In this document: positions 13,198 to 25,200 of the stretch, in pieces | Numbering within the stretch: the first letter of the stretch is position 1 | How the letters are laid out: each line of letters opens with the position of its first letter | From: Mytilus trossulus | Lineage: Eukaryota | Length of the DNA stretch: 64,000 bases | NCBI RefSeq assembly: GCF_036588685.1 | Contig: NC_086378.1 | Coordinates: 88,164,001-88,228,000 of the forward strand | Direction of reading: 5' to 3' | Translations under genes and position numbers: made by a program | The notes under the pieces: model-generated | The model's database searches: none | Seen by the model: only the letters and a program-made list of their open reading frames with translations | Told to the model about the DNA's origin: nothing

Positions 13198-13668
13198 ATA
13201 GATATATGAAGATGTGGTGTGAGTGCCAATGAGACAAATCTCCATTCAAATAACAATTTATAAAAGTAATCCATTATAGGTCAACGTATGGCCTTCAACA
13301 CGGAGCCTTGGCTCACACCGAACAACAAGCTATAAAGGGCCCCAAAATCACTAGTGTAAAACCATTCAAACGGGAAAACCAACGGTCTAATCTATATATA
13401 AAAAACTAGAAACGAGAAACACGTATAAATTACACAAAAATAACCGACAACTACTGTACATCAGATTCCTGACTTAGGACAAGTGCAAACATTTGCAGCG
13501 GGATTAAACGTTTTAATGTTACCAAACCTTCTCCCTTTTTCCGAGACAATAGCACAACATTACAACAAAGAAAAACACACGATAAAATATCAATTGGCAG
13601 GCTTAACTCAATCAGAAAACGTAAATTAACACACTATGAACTAATAAAATTGATATGTGATATCTGAA
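13198..13668 (-). mobile_element. 3' tail fragment of the 8140-9301 Penelope-like family
   Basis: Reverse complement closely matches about 8830-9301. Confidence 0.75.
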
Positions 13669-14796
13669 GTATAGATTCTGGATACTGACGTTGTTTATAA
13701 CCTTGATAAATGTTATAGTATTCTATTATTTGTCATTATGAATATAAATATAACTTTTAAGTTTGCTTTTAGTGGTATCCATTTGGCGTGGCTCTGTATT
13801 TATTCATCACTGTTATTGTGTTATTGTTCTATGATTGTTTTTATGATCTTGTTGTTCATGTTTGCTGGTATGCTTTGTCTACTATTATATGCCTTTTGCG
13901 ATTCTTTGTTACATATGACGTGGCTCTGTACTTATACATACCGCCATTGTATTATCTTGCCATGGATAATGTTTGATGATATAGTTGTTTGCTTCTAGAG
14001 TGATTGAGATGATTACACAATTATTGACTGCTGTATCCTTATTGTTGTTATTTTTACCTATTGTTTACATGTCTCTTTGTTTTTTTTCACACAACGTTGT
14101 CAAAATAATTGAATTTTATGCGACTTTCATACAAGTGAGAGATTTAGCTAATTTTTTTTATGCCTGTACCAAGTCATGTATGTGACAGTTGTTATCCATT
14201 TGTTTGATGTGTTTGGGCTTTTGATTTTGCCATTTGATTACTTACTTTCGTTTTGAATTTTCCTTCGAGTTCAGTATTTTTGTGATTTTAATTCATACAG
14301 AAGCATAGGCAATATTAAGCATTTGCCAACTTTGTTCACAGAATAACACTAGACATAAAAGACAAATGCATCGTCACGGTGGAATGACCCAAACTCCTAT
14401 TGAAACACTATATCTATTTCTATTACAGATTATTTTTTTCTGAATCATCAATTTTTATTCAATTATTTCTCTTGTAACAAACTTCATTCTGTATTCAAAA
14501 AACAGAATTACTACTCAATGCCGTCTCATATACCATATACCACAAATACTTCGTATTGGTCTCATATACCATATACCACAAATACTTCGTATTGATGAAA
14601 TTGTAAATGACATATACTGCTAAACAGTATGAAGAAAACAATACACTCATAAATAAAGTGCAAAGCCACACGACAACGCCGCTGCTGAACCAAAGAAAGG
14701 GACAATATGTAAAAAAGGAGTAATAATTTAATTTTTGAAAAAATATACTAAAGACCCAAATTTTGTGAAACTAACATTCTGTCCGAAAACGAGTCC

Positions 14797-15756
14797 TTAA
14801 CGTAACCGTCTTTTGCTGTCTCCGACCTCCAACTTCCATGCCTTTTGAAAAAGTCTATCAGAAATACCAAAATTACAAGCTGCAGAAGCTCCACTAGACC
14901 TTAGACTGTGAAGGCCAAAAGATTTTATATTTGGCACAATCGGAAAAAATGTTTCTATAAATAGCTCTCGCATTCTTGTGTAAGAAAGAGGTTTGTTTTC
15001 TTTTCGGAACACATAATTTTCCTTGGTTTTTGTCAAATTCTGAAATACGAAAACATCAGTATCAAGTGGATTATTGCTCCATTCTAAAAAACTCTCCAAG
15101 TTCTTCACAGGACATAATTTATTCCCGGTTCTCGCAATGATTATTCGATCACCATCTCTGTAAATATCCGTTTTACTTTTCTGTATGAATACTGACATGT
15201 GACTTAGAAAAAATTGAATATCACAGGTTTTCAAATTCAGCAATTCAGAAACACGTAAAAAAACAGAATAAGATAACAAACAAGCAGAAATAGTACGCTG
15301 GTTGTAAAGGTTATTTTCACAATATAACCTGTCGAACATCTGTGAAAGCATATCTGGAGTGATCGGTTCTTTCTTTTTAATCGGAACAGATAGACGTCTC
15401 TTAGCTCCTTCAAGAATATTTTTCACTAAATCAGAATCTGTAGGAGAAATAACGCTAATAATTTTATGTGCCCATCTAATACTATAAAACGCTTGATTGA
15501 TAGGACTGGGCGTACGATTTTGTTGCACTAAACATGCTAAATATATAGCCACATGTATTGGTTTGGCCGGTAAAATAAATTCACTAGATATTCCATTAGA
15601 TAAAGCCCATTTTTTCCATCTCAAAAAAACATAATAATAATTTTGAACGGTGTTGTTAGATTTACTTTCGGTTAACAGATCAGGAAGTAAATGGGTTTTC
15701 TCAATCAAAGTATCAGGTAATTCCAACAGATCGCTTTGGAAAGCCCGCAAAAACAT
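14797..15756 (-). CDS. DIRS tyrosine recombinase (C-terminal frameshift)
   Basis: FLRVSEL (catalytic R), KSKTD and HSLRSSGAS (HxxR). The ORF diverges before the expected HGRW...Y segment. Confidence 0.85.
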   Translation of the reverse strand: MFLRAFQSDLLELPDTLIEKTHLLPDLLTESKSNNTVQNYYYVFLRWKKWALSNGISSEFILPAKPIHVAIYLACLVQQNRTPSPINQAFYSIRWAHKIISVISPTDSDLVKNILEGAKRRLSVPIKKKEPITPDMLSQMFDRLYCENNLYNQRTISACLLSYSVFLRVSELLNLKTCDIQFFLSHMSVFIQKSKTDIYRDGDRIIIARTGNKLCPVKNLESFLEWSNNPLDTDVFVFQNLTKTKENYVFRKENKPLSYTRMRELFIETFFPIVPNIKSFGLHSLRSSGASAACNFGISDRLFQKAWKLEVGDSKRRLR

Positions 15757-15941
15757 ATGTAAAAATAAAAATCACATTAAAACATAATGTACAAAGCACA
15801 TACAATTTGTATATAAACAATTTCACAATCTAATGTTCACATAACTCGTCTCGCATTTCACTTAAGATTAAACCACCACCACAGCCCCTCAGGCCTACTG
15901 TAACATTACCGCCACCAACTCAAGAACTGTTATATCAGTTG

Positions 15942-17960
15942 TTAAAAAGGTTCAAAATCAAGTCTCAAAGCCAACACCCTGAAGGGTAAATCAATATTTC
16001 CAAATACTGATATATTCCCTTTACCAGAAGTATAGAATTTCTTGTTAGTAGGTACATCTATACAGCCTTTCACCTCTTTAATGAACCCTTCCCGACTTCC
16101 ATAAAGGTAAAACAAGTGTCCCATGAGCAAAACATTGCCTCATGTAACTTATTACTTTAGACACTAAACATACAGGTGGTACAAACCAACCATTGGCACC
16201 TTGTCAGTTAATAGTGAATGCATCGATACCAATCGAGTTCACCGTCCAATAACGGGAATAAAATACCGTTAACTTATGATTGTCATCATTTGCAAACCAG
16301 TCTATCTCATGAGGTCCCCATAGGGAATCTACATACATAAATAACTGTTCGTCAATACCCCAATCGTCATAATCAATAATACGACTGATGAAGTCCGCTT
16401 TCTCATTCAAGGTTCTAGGAACCCAAACTACATCGATAGATATATTATGTATCAAACAATTCTCAAAAATGCACATAGTAATATCCTGTAACTCAGGTTT
16501 CATACTACCTTTTTCCACAATAGTTACTACATTCTGGTTATCACTGAAACATTAAATTCGTTTATCTTTTAATACATTGATCATAGATAATAGAATATTT
16601 CTAACAGCATTTAGCTCTTTCCACGTAGAACTCTTTGAAGCCTCACATTCGGACCACATACCATGTGCTATTTTAAAAGGTGTTTCTACAACATAGCCAC
16701 CATATCCTGTATTGCTTGCATCACTATAAACTACAGATTGACATGACACATCTGAAGAAAACTTTTTAACATTTACGTGTTCTAAATTTTCTCTCCAAAA
16801 TTTAATTTGTATCAAGCTTTCTGTTGATAAAACAATACAACTATTCCACGATGTTTAGACATGATATAAGCAACGTTACCAATGACGTATGACATGGACA
16901 CTATTTGTCCCACTAAAGAGGCAACCAATCGTGCATGGACTTTGCCATGTTTAGATACATAATATTCAACGTCAGCAATAGTTTTTAAAACCTTTTGAAC
17001 TCTTTCGTTCGGAATGGTTATAGTGCCACGGTTTGTGTCAATTGAATAACCCAAAAATACCAAAAGTTTCATAGGTGACCATTTAGATTTTTCATTTTTA
17101 GGAACAAATCCACTCTGAATTAAATCTGGTCTCACTTGATTGGACATAGTTTTGCAAGTTTCTTCGTCCGTATGAGTGCCTAAACCATCATCTAGGTACA
17201 TTAAAACTTGTTTACCTTCACCCCTCCACTTTTTTATAAGTGGTCTTGTGATCTTAGTAAATATATAACATGCTGACGAAAGTCCAAAAGGGAGAACCAA
17301 AAACTTATACCATTTTTCGGTGTTTTCATGCCTCCAGGAAAATCCTAAAAATTCTGTATGTGGCATAAAAATATTAACATGGTGATATGCCGACACAATA
17401 TCAAACTGGAAACAAAAAGAATTGTTTGTGATAAACTGCATGGCTATATCGAACATCTTCAAATTTTACACTTGATTTCCAAAGATGTTTGTTAACATGA
17501 CGGAGGTCTAAAATAAGGCGTTTTTTCCTACCGTCCGACGCTGAAACTGTAAGAGGATTTACAACACGAGGTTGAAATTCACATTCCTCAATCAAACCCC
17601 TTATAAGAAGATCATGTATAGCTTCGGTAACAAACTCGCTATGGATGATTGCCGATCGATTGTTTTTTAAGCATATAGAAGGAGGGGTACTGTAAAAAGG
17701 AATTTTGTAACCATTCAAAATAGTATCTAAAATATAATCATAACAACCAATATTTTTCCAAAAAGAATAGTGACTTTGAAGCCTGTCCTTCACAATAATA
17801 TGTGCCTGTCCCTGTTTATACTCGTAGTAATCATTAGTGAGATTATCCGAGTCACTTATCGAAGATACTTTAGTTGTATTATTTTCAATTAAATAATCTA
17901 TGCTACAATTATACTCATCTTTTATAAAGTCTGTACTATTTCGATTTTGGCTGGATAGGT
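15942..17960 (-). pseudogene. DIRS pol: RT-RNase H-methyltransferase, disrupted
   Basis: NPLTVS..GRKKRLILDLRHVN, FDIVSAYHHV, LPFGLSSA, YLDDG, VYSDAS, STWKEL, WVPRTLNEKADFISR, WGPHEIDWFA...GIDAFTIN*QGANGWFVPPV, spread over several broken ORFs. Confidence 0.88.
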
Positions 17961-18688
17961 CTGGGATTGAAGGGACACTGGCTTCTCCAGTGCTGGAACG
18001 ATCCACAACCATAACATGCACCTTGTCTATTTTGTCGTTGAAATCCGCTCGTGCTGGGTTGATTTTGATACAAGGCTTGACCATTGTACCATGACTGGGG
18101 TTCACGAAAGGGCTGATATTTTGTGTGGAAAGTATCAACAAATTGAGAAGGAGTACTAGGAGCAGAATAATTAGCCTTCTTAGAAGCAGACTTTTTTCCT
18201 TTTGCATTACGTTTACGTATCGCCCTACTCTCAGCTTTATTAATTTTGTTCTCATCGTCGGAGTTACTGGCCACTGGATTACTTTCATATTGCCTAACAG
18301 TCTCCCAACCCCCTACACTACTATCGGCAATCTTAACAAGTTTATTTCGTCTTTTAATCTTGTCAATTACTTCAGTAATAGTTTCCCGTGCGTAGTCGGT
18401 CTTTGAATTATCAATGGCCCAAATAGCTTGTGTCAGGTCTTCTGAAAATTCAGTATTTAGTAGAAATTGAACCTTATTTCCCTCATATTTCCAAATATAT
18501 TGAGATTCAGTTTTTAACTTTTTAACCTGGGAAGCAACTGCAACAGTAGACCCGTGAACTTCGTGTCTTAATTCGGAAATGTCTTTCCTAAGTTTTTCGT
18601 TAAAATCACCCTGGGTTTTAACAGCTTTCATAACGTCTCTAAGAGACACCTTCTGTTCTGGGGTTTCCCTCTCTTCAGGGTCCGACAT
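17936..18688 (-). CDS. DIRS gag-like protein with CCHC zinc knuckle
   Basis: 250-aa ORF with a coiled-coil N-terminus, KIADSSVGGWETVRQY and CYGCGSFQHWRSQC; overlaps the start of pol. Confidence 0.85.
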   Translation of the reverse strand: MSDPEERETPEQKVSLRDVMKAVKTQGDFNEKLRKDISELRHEVHGSTVAVASQVKKLKTESQYIWKYEGNKVQFLLNTEFSEDLTQAIWAIDNSKTDYARETITEVIDKIKRRNKLVKIADSSVGGWETVRQYESNPVASNSDDENKINKAESRAIRKRNAKGKKSASKKANYSAPSTPSQFVDTFHTKYQPFREPQSWYNGQALYQNQPSTSGFQRQNRQGACYGCGSFQHWRSQCPFNPRPIQPKSK

Positions 18689-19247
18689 TACAAAAAATTT
18701 ACCAACTTACTTAAGAATTAAACTTTAGATAAATGTGTGTTGACGGTTCGGCGCTGTCGTGCTGAATGACCAAAACCCCCGTTTTGGCGGGAAAAATGAC
18801 CGTGCGATAAGCACGACACCTACATACATCATGAACAAACAAGAGAAAATAATTTCACTCTTATTCACTACGTTCAAACGAAAGAAATTATATATATATT
18901 TAATTGATATGACATGCACATTACAAATAAAAAAAAAACAAAAAAAAACCAAACACATGCATGTGCTCTGCAAATAAATCAAAACATTCATATACGAGTA
19001 GTATAGAGTTTACAATATTTAGTTTTCAATACAAGTCACAACAATCGATGTATATATGTAATGCATATGTAATGTATACGTATACATTGTATCTCATTGG
19101 CAATCGTACCAATAAATTATTTATTGTTTTCTAACTACAAAACTGAGATAATGTCAATTCTTTTCTGGAAGAATTATCAAAAGCAAGTATACATCGTGAT
19201 ATGTTTTTAGTTATTTGTTTTGTTGGTGCTGACCGGTGTTGAAGTAT

Positions 19248-22200
19248 TCAGTTGTCACTCATTTTTCGGCCGGATGAACGTCTTCTTCTATGCTGTAATT
19301 GATTTTGCTGAACCTCAAGTTGATGTCCAAACTTCTCAGTTTTGGTCACGACTTCAGATCTGCGACGATTCATCTTTACTCCGTTGTCTGAATGTCTGAA
19401 AGAAAACAAAAGATCAATATAAGTTGGTCTTATTCGTTTGATCTTGACCAGTTGGCACATACTCAAAAATCCCTTGTGAAAATAAACCTGAATCAGCAGG
19501 AGGATAGTTCCCATATCTTGTTGGACATTTGATATATTGCCTTTCCTCGTTTATGACTATCATCTTGCTGAATTCGTAAAAATACTTTCCGAATGTTGGT
19601 TCCCCAATGCTCTTAGCTTCATTCTATATTTTTAACTCTGATTTGAGCATCACTAATGAGTCTTTTTAAGAAGAAACGCGCTTCTGGTATATACAATTAC
19701 AAGCCTGCTAAATCTTTGAGTTTTTTAAACTATACTTCAACTTGGAGTCATGAGTGAGCACGATATCTCTATATTAATTATTAAATACCGCACATCACTC
19801 TATTTTAGATGAATGTTTGAATCTTCTAGTGGATCAGGAACTGCTCCAAGTGAGTTCACGTGTAACAAGAGGGTTTGGGTTTCTCAGTAATATGTTTCGG
19901 TATAATGTGTATTGCGGACTGTTCGCTCTTCGTCACATTTTGGTGGACATTTTTCAGATGTATAATTTTAAATGCCTCGTCTAAGAATTAGTTCACAGTC
20001 GTATTGAGTCTTCCATTCGTTTATTTAATTCAGTCTTTCCCTCCTTTTGAGCAGTTCGTTTTAAGCATATTACTTTTATGATGAGATTAAACGTGTATAA
20101 TGAATGCGTAATGTTAAAATGCAGAAAAACAAAGGTGAATGGAGGTAGCAATGTATAGTGTCTCATTATGACGAAAGTTGGCAGGGACTCAAATGCAATA
20201 AATGCTCCAACAGGAAACGTAATTCTGGTCTGTGTAATTACCCAATGACTCCATCCGAAAAATGAACCACTTTGCATACAAAGACCGGGCTGAAATAGAT
20301 ATGGTTTGGTTGCAGTAAAGGGTTTTTATTAAATAAATTGATCACACCTTTGAAAAACAGATGTGTAGATATTATGATATCTAATGAATAATTTGTGTAT
20401 TAAGTACCTCAATTCAATATCATATTACACTGTCATAAATTTAGGATTAAGTGTTCAGTGACACTTATTTAAAATACATTGTAATTCATCAGTGGTCAAA
20501 ACGCGTAAGTATACATTGCTTTTTCCATTTGAATTTTGTTTTTCTGCATTGTGACATTGAGGGTTGTTTGTCAAATTTTAATTAAGGTAAGTACCAATGT
20601 GAATGGAATTTGTCTTTAAAAGAAAAAAAATAGTCTCTAAAAATATTAAACGATGATTTGATGAGGGTGGCCATGAAGGCACACATGGACTGTCGCTTTA
20701 AGAAAAGGGATTGTGAAGTGGATTATAAACGAATTCATACTCAAGAACAACAAGTGTACTAAGTTTTAAGTTGATTGGACTTCAGCTTCATCAAAAACTA
20801 CCTTGACTAAAAACTTTAACCTGAAGTGGGGCGAACGGACGCACAGAAGAACGAACGGGCGGACAGATGGACGAACGAAAGAACGAACGAACGAACGGAC
20901 GAACGGAGGCACAGACCAGAAAAGATAATGCCCCTCTACCATCATAGGAGGGGCATAAACATAAAATAACTTAAAAAACGATTAAGGGAACATTGACTCA
21001 ATAAGATATATATAAAGTAAGAATGTTAAATAAAGAAGATGAATAAAAAGGGTTAAGCAATATGTGAGTTTACGATAGAATGTCAAGTGAAAAGCAAAGC
21101 AATGTGCGAGTAAGTTGAAAATCAAAAGCTCAAACATATCAACTGTCATATTCCTGACTTGTTACAGACACTTTTTGATGTATAAAATGAGTGATTAAAC
21201 CTGGTTTTACAGCAAGCTAAACCTATCACATGCATGAAAGTCTCATTACATTCCATTATATTGAAAACAAAGTGTGAGCAAAGCAAACAGATATAAAGGG
21301 TAAAAATATCAAGAATATGGAGAACATCATTTTTCTTTTGATAATGATATAAACTTAATCACTATAAAAACACAAAAATATGACAACAACGAATTAAAAA
21401 ACATATAGAAAAAAGCACACAAGCAAAACCGAAAGACAAAAAGACAAAATTTACCTTACCACAATAACGCAATGACTGGATGTGAATGTACCGAGCAACA
21501 TCAAATGGATATTACAGAAACAAAAGACTAAACAGTAAAATTAATAATTCAAAAACACCAATAAATGAATACTACAACACGTAATTGAGAAGATAAACAA
21601 CGTCAGTACCCATAATCCATACTTCAAGACAATTGTGCATTATTTCTGAAGTTGAAGTATCAATAAGGTCTTGGTATCTTCCGATGAACTTTTATTTTTA
21701 GAAAGAGGAGGAGATGTTCTTTGTTATAACCCTGGTACATCAAATTTTTACTCAGACACTACTTGATGACGCTTTATAATAGATATAGGAAGATGTGGTG
21801 TGAGTGCCAATGATACAACTCTCCATCCAAATAACAATTTAAAAAGTAAACCTGAGTTTCTGAGTAGCAGCTACAAGCTATTGAATACTGAATTAGTTGG
21901 CGTGTTCAGATTGATTTTAGGTAGCCGAAAACAATTGTTAGAATTTTGCCTTTAAAAGCTTAAACACTAATAGTGTAAAAATAAATGAATCATAACTCCC
22001 TCGCTTTATTTCATTCTGTTTTGAAGTTTCCCTGGAGTTCGGTAATTTTGTACTTTTTTCCCAAACTATCTGATATTCTTTTAACTTTTGATTATGAAGA
22101 TCTAAACATGTACCAGGAAAATCTTGTATAGAAATAGAATACGATATTAAGATATTTTTTTTTTATAGAAATATATTCCCCCCCCAAAAAAAAAAGATAC

Positions 22201-25200
22201 AGCCAACTAATCTATACTAACACTACATACCTACCCGGAGGATGGATGGTCTAGTCGTGAATGGTTTCTTTCACTGTGTTCAAATACATTAGATGTCCTT
22301 GTGTAATCCTCGCTGTAATCTACAGACACGGATGCGTCAGGGTCACGCGGTTTCATCTTCACGCATAGAACTTTCCTTACTTGATTGTTAGTAAGAACAT
22401 GACAGAAGAAAAGTAGCATTCCCTGTAAGGAAGATTCATAAGAAAAATAAAAATTACCGCCATATTAATAAATTTCAGAAGACAACACAGTACAATTTCA
22501 ATCAAAACTTTGTGAGAATTTCTATATAAAACATTTCGTCGAAATTATTAAATTCATTTCAATTGTTTCTCCAAATCTGCGAATAAAAGTGCTAGTTATA
22601 AATATTCTAAAGCAATCTATAATAAAGGTGACATAGACTTCAAAACCATCTAACAGGATGGAACTATAGATACATATAGTTGAAATGTTTCTTAAATGAA
22701 GGATCATTTTTATAAATCTATCTAGAAGTCATCTTATATAAAGATATGTCAGACATGAAATATATTCCTACCTGTGTTGATGCCAGGAATACGAATACAT
22801 AGGCCATGACCTTAGGAGAACCAAAGGTCACGATGAAACCAAGAGTCCATGTTAGTCCTAAAACACTCAACAACGACACTCCAGTTAAACACTGCTGCCT
22901 ATGAATAATATACACACTCATTATCTCCAAAAGATACACATGTACAAAAAGAGGGACGAAAGATACCAAAGGGACAGTCAAACTCATAAATCTCTTTATA
23001 TCAGTATATTAGTGTAATCAATAATATATTAAAATATACAATTCATTGATATAATTGATTCAGAGATTTTTGTTTAAAATATACGCAACTTAAGTTGTTA
23101 GCTAGTAACATTAACACTATTTAATTTAGATTTTCACTTTTCTGACTATTCGTTAAGGGAATCATTACACAGATCTTTACAACCCATTCAATTCTTCTTT
23201 TGTTTTGCATATAAGAAATATGTGATAAACAAAACCACAATCCTTAATTAAATTCTATTGATAGACACTGTCTTTAACGCAGCTATAGCATCAATAATTC
23301 CAATAAAGTTATCCTCCTTTTAAAAAATATGCATACGCCACCATGATTTAGTTGACTATTATAGAACATCAGTGTTACATGCAGATGTCAACATATATGT
23401 TCTACTTGTAAAGTTACCAAATCCCATCTATTTTCGCCGAATGTGACATTTCAAAATGTAATGTATCACCGAATTTGTACCTGCTGAGCAATATTGTTGA
23501 TAGTAGTTAGTTATCAAAGGTACCAGGATTATGATTTAGTATGCCATACCCGCTTTTAGTCTACACAATACTCATTAGTGACGCTCATATCAAAATAGTT
23601 ATGAAGCCAAATAAGTACAAAGTTGAAGCGAAGTTGAACAGTTCCACAATTTACCCAGGTTTTTAATGAGGTTCATTTATTGTGCGCAATATTTTGTTTT
23701 GGTTGTTTGCGTTTTCGTCGTGTTTATGCCATTGAATTGATTAATAGACTGATTGGTGTTAAATGCCACTTTCAACACTCTTATATCAGGTCTATAAACA
23801 GGAAATCTCTGTTTAACAAAAAACAGCTAGGACATATTAATCTCAGGTCTATAAATAGTAAAATCACAGAAAAACTCCGAAGAAAATTCAAAACGGAAAT
23901 TCCCTAATCAAATGGCAAAATTAAAAGCTCAATCATGTCAAACGAATGGACATCAACTGTCATATTCATAACTTGGTACAGCCATTTTCTTATGTAAAAA
24001 ATATTGGATTGAACCTGGTTTTTATTATATGGACATAGATGCATGAACAAAACAAGACATACTAGGCAAAAATGTCCAAACTACAGCAGCCAACATTATG
24101 TTTTAATCTTAATCACTGACAAAACAAAACGAATATGTAACAAAGAAGCACAAAATGGCATATAGACCGAGCACGGAATATCTGAACTATGTATAAGAAA
24201 TAGCTTTGGCATATTTATCTCAACTTCACCAGCGGAAATAAACCTTACTATATAAGAAACGAAGCGCATTTGTTATGAATGTTAAATAGATATTTCACTC
24301 ATACTCACTTTATTATATTAGGGAGACTTTCTCCCCGTTTAATGTCAAGTGAGAAACGTGTAGCCATCATTAGCAGAAAAACACACCAATTGATCTAAAT
24401 GTAAAAAGAAGAATTACAATTAAATAGTTGAATAAGTTATGTAGAATACATTGTATATTAATCTGAGATCTTTTTTTTTACGTTAAAGAGTCTATACAAA
24501 AATACTAGTGGCAAAAAAGAAATGCTTTTTAGTTAACTTTATTGAATTCACAAGCACCTATGACGAAATTTTCAGTACATACAGAGCATTATATTTTACA
24601 TTTTATTCATAATCTAAAATATTTTGTCAAAATTAAAATGTTGTCATCTACGTTTAAAGTTTTACTTTTCATTTTACTTTTAAAATGTTTAACCCAGCTA
24701 TTCACATTGGCCTGACCCAGTCATAAAGGGGTTCCAACCATTTGCCCACATTCTAACATAAAAAGGAGCGTTCCTACCCCCGGAACCAACACCCCTGGAT
24801 CCCCCACTGGGACACTAACATTTACATCATTTATATACCATAGTTTTTTAACGTCCGTTATTGTCAACGTATGATTGAATTAGTGAATAGATTCCAAAAG
24901 CTTAGAATGTAATTGACTGGTTACTCCATATATTAATATTCTACTACTTCTCTGCCAATCAAGCAAATTTACTAAGGATTTAGAGGAGACTTGCCGGTTA
25001 TGCCCCTAAATAGGATTCGATGCCTCTCTTGAATATAACATGCAAGTGTTTTGAACGAAAAAGGCCTCATAAATTGTACTGATGTACGGAGGAACTCGAA
25101 AGTGGTCTATTGTCAGTACAGTTCTGGCATGATTCATAACATGTTCTTTCCAGTAAATTCTCTGTTGGTAAATTGTTGAATTATTTAACAAACTTAAGTT

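Larger units (their letters stand above)
14500..19000 (-). mobile_element. DIRS-group tyrosine-recombinase retrotransposon, decayed (boundaries approximate)
   Basis: Order on the minus strand is gag (CCHC), RT (YLDD), RNase H (YSDAS), Dam-like methyltransferase, tyrosine recombinase. No DDE integrase or protease. Several frameshifts and stops. Confidence 0.92.

Noticed and set aside
10000-14300. Additional protein-coding gene
   Set aside because: Only short low-complexity ORFs and repeat fragments; no consistent exon chain.
17401-18288. N-terminal hydrophobic stretch of the 295-aa ORF as a membrane protein
   Set aside because: It is an alternative frame overlapping gag; only the C-terminal part is pol.
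19993-20277. 94-aa ORF as a separate gene or long GPCR exon
   Set aside because: Only 20242-20289 fits splice signals and phase, in a different frame; the rest is unsupported.
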